Shown: positions 1 to 11,133 of the stretch, piece by piece
Layout of the letters: each line of letters opens with the position of its first letter
How positions within the stretch are numbered: the first letter of the stretch is position 1
Assembly (NCBI RefSeq): GCF_009834535.1
Contig: NC_045732.1
Span: forward strand, 43,338,001 to 43,402,000
Origin: Camelus ferus
Lineage: Eukaryota
DNA length: 64,000 bases
Direction: 5' to 3'
Translations under genes and position numbers: made by a program
Notes under the pieces: generated by a model
Told to the model about the DNA's origin: nothing
What the model saw: only the letters and a program-made list of their open reading frames with translations
The model's database searches: none

Positions 1-126
1 GTTTTTAGAATTTTTGTGGGGGAGATAATTAGGTTCATTTATTTTTAATGGAGGTATTGGGGGTTGAACCCAGGACCTTGTGCATACTAAGCATGCACTC
101 TACCGCTTGAGCTATACCCTCCCCCA
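1..126 (-). mobile_element. tRNA-Ala(AGC)-derived SINE (vic-1-like)
   Basis: Reverse complement gives GGGTATAGCTCAAGCGGTAGAG...GGGTTCAACCCC (A/B boxes) plus the family AT-rich tail. Confidence 0.85.
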
Positions 127-414
127 CGTACCACCATTGTGTTCTGCTAACAGATCCTACTTATTTTCTAGTTTCACTGGTCCAGAGATGAAGAGGAATG
201 TGGCCTCGGGGTAGATCATCCCCCGAGTCTCACTTATATCTGATTTAGATGGTTTAGATGATGAGATTTGAAATGTTTGAGCTGATGATATTAAAGTCAG
301 ATTTTTGAACTTGAGCTGATGTTGTAAGGGATTGGAATTACGGGAGTGTTGGGATGAGGTGCATGTGTTTTTCACATAGAATGGATGTATATCTTTGGGC
401 GCCAAAAGGTATAC

Positions 415-892
415 TGTTGTAGGCTGAATGATGCCTCCACCAAAGATATGCACACCTTAATTCCTGGAACCTTTGAATGTACCTTAGATGGAACAAAAAA
501 GAAAAGAAAAAAGAGGACTTTGTGGTTTGCAGATGTGATTAAGGTAAGCACTTTGAGATGGGGAGATTATCCTAGATTATCCAGGGGACTCTAATTGTAA
601 CCACAGTGGCCTTATAAGAGGAAGGTGAAAGGCAGATTTGACAGAAAAGAAGGCAATATGACCATCAAGCAGAGATTGTACTGAGGAGGCCACAAGCCAA
701 GGAATGCTGACAGCCACTAAAAGAGGAATAGGCAGCAAACTGATTCTCCCCTAGAACCTCTGGAGGGAGCATGACCTTGCTGGCACCTTTATTTTGGTCT
801 TCTGGCCCCCAGAACTGAGAGAATAAATTTCTTATGTTATAAGCCACTGAACTTGTGGTAATTCATCACAGTAGCCACAGGAAGCTAATGCA
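415..892 (+). mobile_element. MaLR solo LTR (MLT1-type)
   Basis: TG...CA termini, with GAGATTATCCT and AGAATAAATTTC..TAAGCCAC motifs typical of MLT1. A further MLT1-like piece lies at ~240-400. Confidence 0.75.
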
Positions 893-1510
893 GATGGCTT
901 GGGGGTAGATTTGGGGGTTATTGGAGGGATTTAGGGGTATGTTTAGGGATTATTGAGGGCAGTTTGAGAGTGTAATTAGGGGCATTGAAAAGCGGGTGCA
1001 GTTGGAGTCATCAAAGGGAAAACTGAGATGGGGTTGGGGGCTCACTGGAGGGTGATTTGGAGGTGTAGTTGGAAGTTCTTGGAGGGTGGTTTGGGTGGTA
1101 TGGTTGGAGAAAATTGGAAGATGTTTTGTGNNNNNNNNNNNNNNNNNNNNNNNNNNNNNNNNNNNNNNNNNNNNNNNNNNNNNNNNNNNNNNNNNNNNNN
1201 NNNNNNNNNNNNNNNNNNNNNNNNNNNNNNNNNNNNNNNNNNNNNNNNNNNNNNNNNNNNNNATCCCCTGGTGTGGGACCCTTGGATATGGAGGGCCGAC
1301 TGTAATTTAAGACAAGGTTGGGTATAACTGTCATTGAAGAGTGGTTTGGAGGTATAGTTTGGGGCTGTAGCTATGGGACCAAGGGAAGGTAGTAAAAGGG
1401 TATTTAGAAGCATAGCTGGGGGCTCTTGAAAAGGAAATTTTGGGGGTGAGGTTTGTAATTGTTAGAGAGTAGTTTGGGGTTAGAGTTGGGCATCATCCCT
1501 GCCCCCATAA

Positions 1511-1582
1511 CAGAGACACTGGTGATTGAACCCAGGACCTCGTGCACACCAAACATGTGCTCTACCACTGAGCTATACTCCC
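1511..1582 (-). mobile_element. tRNA-Ala-derived SINE, diverged
   Basis: Same A/B-box body on -. Confidence 0.75.
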
Positions 1583-1890
1583 CACCCACCAAGTTGGGCA
1601 TCATTGAACTGGCACTTGGGGATATTTTTAGGAGTTAGAGGGCAGTTTGAGGGTAGAGTAGGGTCTGTTGGAAGGAGGATTCGGGGTGAAGGTGAGAACC
1701 TGGTGGAAAGTTTAGTGATGAAGTTTCAGGATCGATAGCATGGTTTTGGGATATAATTGAAGGCTGATGGGTATAGTCTGGGATGCAGTTTGGGGGCCTG
1801 TTTTGAGGTCTGGATGTCAGATGGATATTACGAGTTGTAGTTGAGGAGTTATTAGTGGGTGATTTGGGGGAGCAGTTAAAGATCATTGGA

Positions 1891-2248
1891 TGGAATACTA
1901 TTCTAAGCAATAAAAGAAACAAACTCCTGATACATGCTACAACATGACTGAACCTCAAAAAATATGCTAAATGAAAAAACCCATATATTGCATTTATATG
2001 AAATGTCCAGAAAAGGCAAATCTATAGAGATCGAAATTAGATTAGTGGTTGCCTGGGACTGGGACTGGGAACAGGGATTAAATGTATTTGGGCATGAGGG
2101 ATCTCATAAGAATGATGCAAATGCTCTAAAACTGGATAGTGGTGATTGTTGCACACTTTGGTAACTTTACTAAAATAATTGAATTGCATGCATAAAATGA
2201 GTGACTTTTATGATATGTAAATTGTGCCTCGATTAAGTTGTTTTAAAA
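1891..2248 (+). mobile_element. Old L1 3' end (L1M-type)
   Basis: TGGAATACTATT...GATTAGTGGTTGCC...A-tail; perfect 13-bp TSD AAAGATCATTGGA at 1878-1890 and 2249-2261. Confidence 0.85.
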
Positions 2249-3099
2249 AAAGATCATTGGAGGATGCTTTGTAATATGTTAGGGTCACTGAGGAATGATT
2301 TGGAGTGTGGGTAAGAGTCATTAGAGGGTTTGAAGTACACATCTTGGGCCATTGGTGTACAATTTGCAGGTTCAGTTGGGTAACTACAGAAAGAAAGTTA
2401 GCGATTATTTGGAGGTGTTGTTGAGGACTGTTGGAGAGTGTTTTGCGGCTGGAGTTTGGATCTGTGGAATGTGGTTTGGAGGTGGAGAGGATGTTGGAGG
2501 GTAGTTTTAAGCACAGTTGGGGAATCTCCCCTGGAGTAGTTGGCAGTATATGGGATAGTGATAGGGGCTGTTGGAAGGTTGTTTTGCTGGGTGTGGGGTT
2601 GGTCAGTGAAAGGTTTGGTGGGAGGGGGGCAGGTTCATAGAATATGGTTTGGAGTTAGAGCAGGTGACTGCTAGAATTGATTTGGGGTGCAAGTGGAGGC
2701 AACGCCAAAGGTAGCTGAGGATATTTGGGGTATTGTTGGGGGCTTTTGGATTGCCATTTGGGGATCAATAATGCATTGTTAGGAGGGTACATAGAGAATG
2801 GTTTAGGGTCAATGGGTGCATATTGGGGTTAGATGAAAAGTTATTTGGAAGGGCTCTTTGGAGGTTAATGGTTTCAGGGCTGATTGCAGATGGTTTAGGG
2901 AAACAACTTGGGGGTAGTGGAGGGTAACTTATTCGGACAGCTTGGTTGTCCATGGAAGACGGCTTGCGGGTACTGCTTGGGATCAATGGAAAATGTTTTG
3001 GGGATACAATGTGGGGGATGATGGAGTGTGGTTTGGGGTGCACTTGGGGCACAGAGGGTAGTTGGGGGAATTTTGGGGTGTGGTGACGGCTGATAGAAG

Positions 3100-3850
3100 G
3101 CAGTTTGGGGTACTGCTCGGATGTTCGTGGCGGGGTGATTTGGGGTGAGGGGCGCAAGTCTGATCACTGAGGGGGCGTGGTCTCGGTAAAGAAGAGCTCC
3201 TCGGCCTTCGAGAAAGCGTGTGCGCACGCGCTCTGAGCTGGTTCGCTCCTGGCGCTCCCAGGGCAGGGAAATCGAAGACCCGAACTGGCGCCTGCGCACT
3301 TGGTCTCCGCCGCTGCTGTGGTCTCGCGCCCCGCCCCCCGTCTCCCCCCGCCCCTCCAGGCTCGCGCTCAGCGGCGGAGGTGGCGGTGCCGCCTGGAGCG
3401 GACAGACCCGAGTTGAAGGTGGGGGGGGCCGGGGTCCACCTCCCGCCGCCGAGCGGGCGCCCCTCTTCCACCCTGCCTGTGCCCCCCGTCTGGCCCCCAC
3501 GGCTAACAGTCGCGCGGCCGAACGCGGCCCACAGGCGGGGCGCGGAAGGGGAGTAGGCAAGAGCCCGGGGACGAGCCGGGGGCAGCGAGGGACGGGCGCG
3601 CCCACCACCCCTACCGGCCTGCATCGACCCCGCCTACGCCGCTGGGCGAGGACCCTCGGTGAGTAATGCCCGCCTGGGGTTGGAAGGGAGGAGACGGGGC
3701 GGGGTGAAGGCCCGGAAACGCCGACCAGGGATGTACCTGCGCGCGCACCCGCGACCTCTGACCCTGTGGTCTCCCTCTCGACCCCTGCCTGACCTGAGTA
3801 CATCTTTCTTTAATCTCGGACCCCGGACCCCAGGACGTCTGGTCTGACCC
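3100..3850 (+). promoter_or_regulatory. CCDC120: CpG-island promoter and non-coding first exon of CCDC120
   Basis: CpG-dense, GC-box-rich stretch. Donor-like CG|GTGAGT after 3658. It is the only CpG island upstream of the CCDC120 coding exons in the window. Confidence 0.7.
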
Positions 3851-6082
3851 CTAACCCAACCATATTCTGGCGTGATGTGATTCTCAAACCCCGTTTTGCA
3901 CCCTCTAAATCCAGTCCTGACCCCAAACCCCGTACAGTTCTGTTCTTAGGATCCTTGACCTGACCCCAGATGCTTGCCTGACCCTGTTCTATCTCTGAAG
4001 CTCATCTTGCCTTGTCTTGAGCACCCGTTTCGGTCCTGTTTCTAAACTCTTGTCCAGTCCCTGAACCCCTTCCTATCCCCCTAACCCCAGTCTGATCCAG
4101 GTTGCCTTGATTCCTGACCTCTGACTTCTGTATTTTCTCCCCACCCTGTACTATCTCACCGGTCCCCCTCCTGATTCCTGAACTCCATCTTGGCTTACCA
4201 GCTTTAGACTGTCCCTCTTGTCGCCTGCCGTGCCCCTGCCCCTAACCTATGCTGTTTTCCCTTGTCTTCTGTCCCACCACTGTCCTTGTTCCTGTCTTCA
4301 TTCTGTCCCGGTCTTTTCCTGTTCCTTACCTCCATCTTGAACCTGCCCTTTTCCCTATCCCCTTCTTTGACCGCTGTCTTGGCCTGTCCCCCGTCATGTC
4401 TCCTGACTACTGTTTTATACTGACCCTGTTCCCTGCCCTGCTCTTTTGTCCCCTACTGTCCCCTACTTTTTCTCTGGCCCTTGTCCTGAGCCTCACTCCA
4501 TCCCATCCCCTGGCCAGTGTCCTGGCTCCTTCTCTGTCTTGCCTCCTGACCTCCATGCTGCAATGACTCTGATTCTGTTTTGTTCCCTGTACTCCTTCCT
4601 GTCTTGTCCCTTCATCCTGTCCCTACCCCAGGCCCCTGTTCTACCCTGTACCATGCCCCTCCATGCTGTTCAGATTTCCCTCCTTTGTAACACCCACTTT
4701 CCATCTCTGAGCCCAGAAGGAAAGGGGCCCCATTGTACCCTGCATTTGAACTTGGAGGTTCCCATGATCTCTGAAATTCATCCCAAATGCTTCTCTTAGC
4801 ATGAACAAGAGCAAGCAGCCTTATGGGCCCTGCGCAGCAGAGGGAGTTTTCACATGTGATTCCCCCACCCCCCACCCCCACCCAGTGAGCTCACACAGGG
4901 CTTGCATTTCTCTCCCTGTCCCAGGAGGGCCTGGAACTGGTCCTATGCCCCCCACCCTCCCCAAGTGTGAAAGAACACCCTGAATTATTCAGTGAATCTC
5001 TGGGAGCCTGTGAGGTCCGGGTCATGTTTCCAGCCTTGCTAGGTTGGGGGCTGTCCATGTAAGAGTGGGGGACTCAGGGGTATGTGTGAAACTTCTAGGA
5101 CATCTTACCCCTATCTGCTAGTCTTGGCACTAGGTGCAGTGATCCCTGTTTTCCTGGCCTGAAAAAAGTCCATTCTAGGCCAGAGGGTTCAGGGCTTGGT
5201 AGGGGTAGGAGTGGGGTGGGAGTTTATCCCCTTTCTCAGCAATAAGCAATACAAATCTTGGTGCTAAGTCCATCCCACCTCTGTGGGGCAGGTCTGTTGT
5301 TGGGGGGCTATCACTGTTAGAATCAGGCCCATCCAGTGGTGACAATAACAACCACAAGAAAAATAAGAAAAATACGGAGTTCTTTCACTATCTGAATCTC
5401 CTTGAGTTTGAGGACAGACAGGGAGAATTTGGATGGTGAGGAGGTAACATGTCATTCAATTATGTTTTGTTCCTGTGTTTCTCATTGAGAGTAGTGAGAG
5501 TTGGAATAACGAGATACCAGACCTATCTCATTTATCCAAAGCCTTTATCCAGACCTCTTCATAACAACACAAGCATCCCACACTGTCCCAGTATATTTGG
5601 TACCCAAGTTCTGAAAGGGAGAGTTTGGATAGTTCAGGCAGTGAAAGATATTAAGTTATTTGGGGGTATATTTTGTTTTTGCATTTTACAGAGTGAGTAG
5701 GGAGAGTTCAGATAATGAGGGATAATGGCTCTAACTCAAAAATGTATTCAAATCTATTCATTTCCCTGTGCTCCAGTGGCAAGAGTTGGGATTAATAAGG
5801 GTATCATGTTGTAGAAATGTACTTGGTTCCTGTATTTTGCCTGGTGAGTAAGGAAAGCTCAGAGAGTGACGGATATACCAGTCCTATCTCATAAATATAT
5901 CCAAATCCATTCAGTTGCTGTATTTGGATAGTGAGAGTTTGGACAATTCTTCTGAATAGATTTGGTTCCTGTATTTTTGGTTTTGAGTAGGGAGGGGTTG
6001 GATAATGAGGGAAAACAGCTCTGTTTCAAGTATGTCTAGGCAGCAAGTAGGGAGGGTTTCAAGGCTGAGAGATGCCACCTTT

Positions 6083-6122
6083 GTCTGTCTGTCTGTCTCT
6101 TCCCCTCTGTGTGTGTGTGCGT
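6083..6122 (+). repeat. (TGTC)n/(TG)n microsatellite
   Basis: Direct reading. Confidence 0.8.
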
Positions 6123-6184
6123 GATTAATCCTGACTTTGGACTGAGAGGAGTACTTGTGATTATGTATGACAGCCAATACATAC

Positions 6185-6385
6185 TGAGCACTCAGCTAGG
6201 GCCAGGCACTGTCCCAAGTGAGCTTTAAATGTCTTAGTTCATGTCACGCTCACCACCCTCCTGGGAGGCATATACTACCCCCATTTTATAGATGAGGACG
6301 TTGAGGTACAGAGAGGTTAAGTGATGTTTCCAAGCAGTCACACAGCCACTAAGCGGCAGAGCTGTGTTGAATCCCAGACCCACCA
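6185..6385. mobile_element. MIR SINE (other MIRs at ~10610-10770, 14390-14740, 24100-24250, 24440-24660, 45950-46120, 56510-56700)
   Basis: CCCATTTTATAGATGAGG..GAGGTACAGAGAGGTTAAGTGA core. Confidence 0.75.
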
Positions 6386-9300
6386 CTTGTTAGCCCTACA
6401 GGAGGCCACAGGAGGCTCAGGTCCCCACTGGGGAGGGGCTTAGAGGTGGCCGTCCTCCAGGGTATTAAAAGTTGTGGACTAGGGCAGTGATGTGTGTGGG
6501 TGACTCTGCCCCACCTATCTGCCTGGCCCAAGAGGCCCGGTTACCTGCTGTTCCCTCCTTCCTCTTGAACCAGCCCACCTCTGCATGAGTTTGTGATTGT
6601 AGTTACTAACGGTCGTTAATAACGTGGTGTGAGTTTCCTTGCACTTTGAGATGTCTTCCAAAGTTACTTTGGCCTCTGTTGGCTCTGTTAGTACTGTTTA
6701 CCAGTTTTACAGTTGAGGAAACCTCAGCCTTGAGACTCAGTTGACATTGCTGGCCAGATACCCTTTCCCTCTTGGCTCTAATTTTATAAACACCCCTCTT
6801 CCCAACGTCCTTGGTGTCCCTTAAGAGATGAGCGAGGCCATGGCTGAGAAGACACTCCCCACCAACCCCCAGCTGCCCACCTCGTGGCTGCTGCCTCCAC
6901 CAGCCGCAGGCAGTGAGAGGAGGGAGAAGGAGGGTGATGAAAGGGGCCTTTGTGTCCCATGCAGGAAATCTCACACCCAGGAAGAAAGGTGGGCAGGGTG
7001 GCAGGAGGCCTCAATAGCACATACACTGGGCGTTGCTTGTACAGAGCAAGTTCCTCTCCAGGCTTGGCCCCCCTGCCAAGTGGTGAGGGAGCTTTCCTTA
7101 CTCTGTGCTTTCGCATCATGTGTGGGCTGCCGGGGCCTGGGTTGGGCTCGGGCCCTGAGGTCACAGAGCAGATGGTCCCAAATGGAGCGCAGGATGTGTG
7201 GTGTGTGTTGGGGCCGGCCCAGAGCCCAGGTGGTGGTGTGGGGGAAGCAGGACCTCGTAGAGGCTCAGAGTCCTTCATTTCCTTGACTCTTGGCCAGAAA
7301 TGTCCCAGGAGCATAGGGAGAGGACTGGGAGAGCCTCAGCCTGGATGTGAAGAAGCATGAGCCCCCGTGCCCACTCCTCCTGCCTTGCAGGGATTGCCTC
7401 TGTCAGCCTGCAACCCAGGACCCAGCCCCCCCGAATTCTGATTCTACCTGCTCTTATGCCTCTCTGGTCAGAATCGGGCCTCTTCACCTCTGCAAGCCCC
7501 AGCTTTCATCTCTACAAGCTGGCTATGAGGAGCTGGGGCCGTGCCACCCTCCCAGGTTTGTAGGGGTCAGGAGGGATTAAATCGCCTGTGTGTGTCTTCC
7601 GTTCGCTGAGATGATTTCTTCTGGAGCTGCAGAAGGTGGTAGGGTCTTGAGACATGTTCTCCTTAGAAAAGGTAACCTCATATGTTCCATCTTGGGGAAC
7701 TTCTACCCCAGTGAGGGTAGGATTTGCCCTAAGACCTTCTCCCACCCCTTCCTTGCCCTGGGAGGAAAGGGTAGGGGCCTCAGAAATGTGATGAGTGTTG
7801 CCAAGAGACACACACCCAATGAACACCCAAGGCCTCCTGTGTGCCTAACAACTCCCCAGACCTCCATCCCTCAGCCCCCAAGTAGTTCCCTTGGGTGGCC
7901 AGGGTCTGATCTGGGCGCTTGGGCAGCACCAGAGGCAGCCGCTGCTCCCATGACCCTTAGCCCTTCTTCGTCTGTCCTCTTCTAGGTGTCTGGCAGGGAG
8001 GGGGGAGGTCAGGCTCTCTTCTTGGCCTTGCTGGACACCCTGAGGGGACCAGGCCCCAAGACTGCCCCTAAGGGTGGCCTGAGCCCTGGTGGCAGGCAGG
8101 CAAGGGTTAAAAGGTATGGGCCGGCCCAGTCCCTGGCCAGGTAGGCTGGGCCATCGCCTAGTGGGAGGCGGCCTAGGCATCCGCCACTGTGCTCACCCCT
8201 GCTCACTGCCACTATCAGCCGGAGCAGGGCCTTGTCGAGACGACTATTTTTTTTTTTTTGAGGTACCTGAGGCCACTCCACAGCACCTCTCTGGCATTGG
8301 TGAGCACCTGGGAACAGTGGGCCCAGGGCGAGGGGTGTGGGGAGAGCAGTATGGGGTGTACTGAAGTTCCCTGTAGGAGAGACCCAGGTCTGTGCGAGAG
8401 GCACGGCAAGGAAGGAGGGCCTGAGTAGAGGGGCGAAGCCCAAAATGTCCAGTTTCCTTTCCTGGCACGAGGCCGATCCCTTGCCGGAAGTGGACAAGGG
8501 GAAGGGATGGGGGAGAAGAGAAGCCAGAGTCCTCCTTCTCCACTCCCCTACTTCCTCTCCCCCTTTCTCCCCTGCAGGGGTACCTCATGCCCTCCTTCAA
8601 CCCGGGGCCCAGCCCCCTAGGAAAGCCCCCCATACTGGGCTCTTGAGAAACTACATCCGGCACCTGCCTGCCCCCCATCTGTTCCCCTGGAGTGGGGACG
8701 GAGGGGCTCTAGGGCAGTGTGGGGAACAGTGCCAGACACTGGGAGTTTGTATTTGCTCTGAAGGTGGCAAGATGTGGAAATGGGGGTCCACTGAGGTGTT
8801 GGGGTGCCACCCAGGTGAGGTGTCTCGGTTGTAAACAGTCATTACAGCCAGGAATTTCTTTCTGGGCTGTGGTGTCAGAAGGGCAGACCTGAAAAACCTG
8901 CTGGGCCCGCCTCTGGGTGTGGGGGGGTGCCCTCTGCAGCTCTCTTGCTGCAGCCCATCCTGGGACAGGACGGGGACACAGGGTCACCGGTGGGGAGACC
9001 CATGGGCTGGTGTAGGGGTGCATTGTGGAGGGGACTGCTGGGATCCCCCTTCTCACCATCTTTGGGTGGGGACCGGGTGGCCCCAGGCCCCCAGGCAAAT
9101 GTGCAGAGGGTAGGCGAGCAGAGGCAGAGGCTTAAGAGCGGGTGTGGGGGTGTGGGGCGTTGACCCTGTGTCTAGCCTGCCCGATGACCCCATGACTCAG
9201 GCCCTAGCTATGTCCCCGAGGTCAGGCTGACAGGGTGGAGTCGGGGTTCCTGTCTGGACCCCATGTGGACTTCCAGGATGCCATGAGCTCCCAGGGAAGG

Positions 9301-10825
9301 AAGGCTCAGAGCAGCCTAGTGTGGGATGTGGGACTGATCCTGGTGAATGGGCCCATTGGGGAGGAGTTGAGGTTCCTGTCGGGGTGGAGGAAGGTTTAGG
9401 GGGGCCCTGGGAGAGTTCCTCAAACCCAGATTGGGGCTGGGGAAGAAAGAACCCCAGGAGCTGAGGGTCAGAGGAGGCTAAGCTAGGACCTCAAGGAAAC
9501 CCTGCCATGCTGGGCAGTGTCAGCTCTTGGAGGGTGGGCATGTGAGCCCCTCTGCCGAGCACATGCTGTTGCCTGCATGTTCAGAAGGGCTTTAGGGATG
9601 GACCCTGCCCCTGATGTTGGGGACAGGGAACCCCTGCCTTGTGGGAAGGCTACAGACCCAATGGGGCAAGTGGGAGGACTGCTGATACCAGTGGTACCCT
9701 GTTAATAGCTTGGCCACATCCCCCAATATACAGATGGGGAAGGGGCTTGAACTCACGCTACCTCAGCTGCCTAGGTCTTCTCCACACCTGGCCACCATGT
9801 CATGACAAGCCGGGGATTTCGAGGTTGGTGGGGATGGGACCTCTGTGGCCTCATGAGATCCTCCCAATCGCCTGCCACCGAGGTCAGGCCAGGTGGTGGG
9901 AGGTGATGTCACCTGGCTTCCCAGCTGGGGACTGAGCAGGATGTGGGAGGGAAGGAGCAAACTCCAGAGGAAGGGACGAGGGCAGGACTGGCGGCCAGCC
10001 AAAGCAGGCTCCACCGCCAGCCAGGGCGTCTGGGGGCAGAGAAGGAGGCAGGAGGCAGTCAGCTTGTTATCTGCAACTGCGGACTTTGCCGTTTTCAGTC
10101 CCAGTAGGGTGACTTCCCCTTGCTGGATGCAGGACACGCTAGGGTGCGGGGAGGGACCGGAGGGGTCCTGAGGCCAGGAGAACACTCTCCCTGCCACACC
10201 AGGGACGCAGGATGGTGTTAGGACAAGTAGTGACCCACAGACCACAGTCATTCTTTTGTTCACCCAGCAGACATTCACTGAGCACTTGCTGTGTACACAG
10301 AAGTGTTCCGCGTGCCAGAGAAAAAGACTGATGAGAAAAGGACAGATACGTTTTCTGGCCTCCTAAATGTACAAGAGAGGCACAGTCTCTTGTTGGACAG
10401 CAGTTGTGAGGGGACATAATGCAGGGACCCACCTCTGGAAGTGACATCGAAGTCCCAGGGTGTGAGTGAGCGCCAGGGGCTGGAGTGGTGAGACGTGAAG
10501 AGAGGGCCCTGGACAGCAGCCACAGCTTGTGCAAAGTCTGGAGGCCTGCTGAGCTGTGAGCTTATGAGGAATTGGTGGGGTTCAGCACCTCTAGTAAGGG
10601 AGAGTGTTGGACCCTCAGCTGTGGGCAGGTGATTTCCTTTCTCTGTGTCTTACTCTCTTCGTCTCTAAAATGGGGTTATAATAATCACAGAACTGGCATC
10701 ATAGGGTGGTTGTGAAGATTAAACGTGGCATAGGAGTTACCTATTCCAGTAGTTACCTATACCTTAATAAATGCCCACCGTTCTTATCGTTGGTTGAATC
10801 CATGCCATTCATTTTCCCTTCCTAG

Positions 10826-10868
10826 GCAAGACTGCTGACTGTGGCCCATGGGCCTCTGAGGAGGCGTT
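10826..10868 (+). other. CCDC120: Candidate upstream exon of CCDC120
   Basis: Pyrimidine tract plus CCTAG| acceptor and TT|GTAAGT donor; 43 nt. The next candidate acceptor is TCCTCAG| at 11069. Confidence 0.5.
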
Positions 10869-11133
10869 GTAAGTCCGCCCGGCTCCCCACTTGCTGTGCT
10901 CCCACTCAATGGGAAGGGAACCAAGGTACCAGGGCCTTGACATTGACACAGATTCTGAGAGGGCAGACCAAGCAGGTGGGTGGGGCCAGGGTACCCCTCA
11001 TTTGCAGCTGGGGTGTGGGAACCTGGGTCTGGGTGGAGATTGGGGGATCAGGGGATGTGCTTCCTCAGTGGCTCCCGTGCATCACTGCCAGGCCTTGCCC
11101 AGCCATCAGCCACGGCCTCTTGACAGCACCAGG

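Noticed and set aside
2895-3803. 302-aa and overlapping ORFs across the CCDC120 promoter
   Set aside because: Pro/Arg/Gly-rich products expected from stop-poor CpG-island DNA; no recognisable protein.
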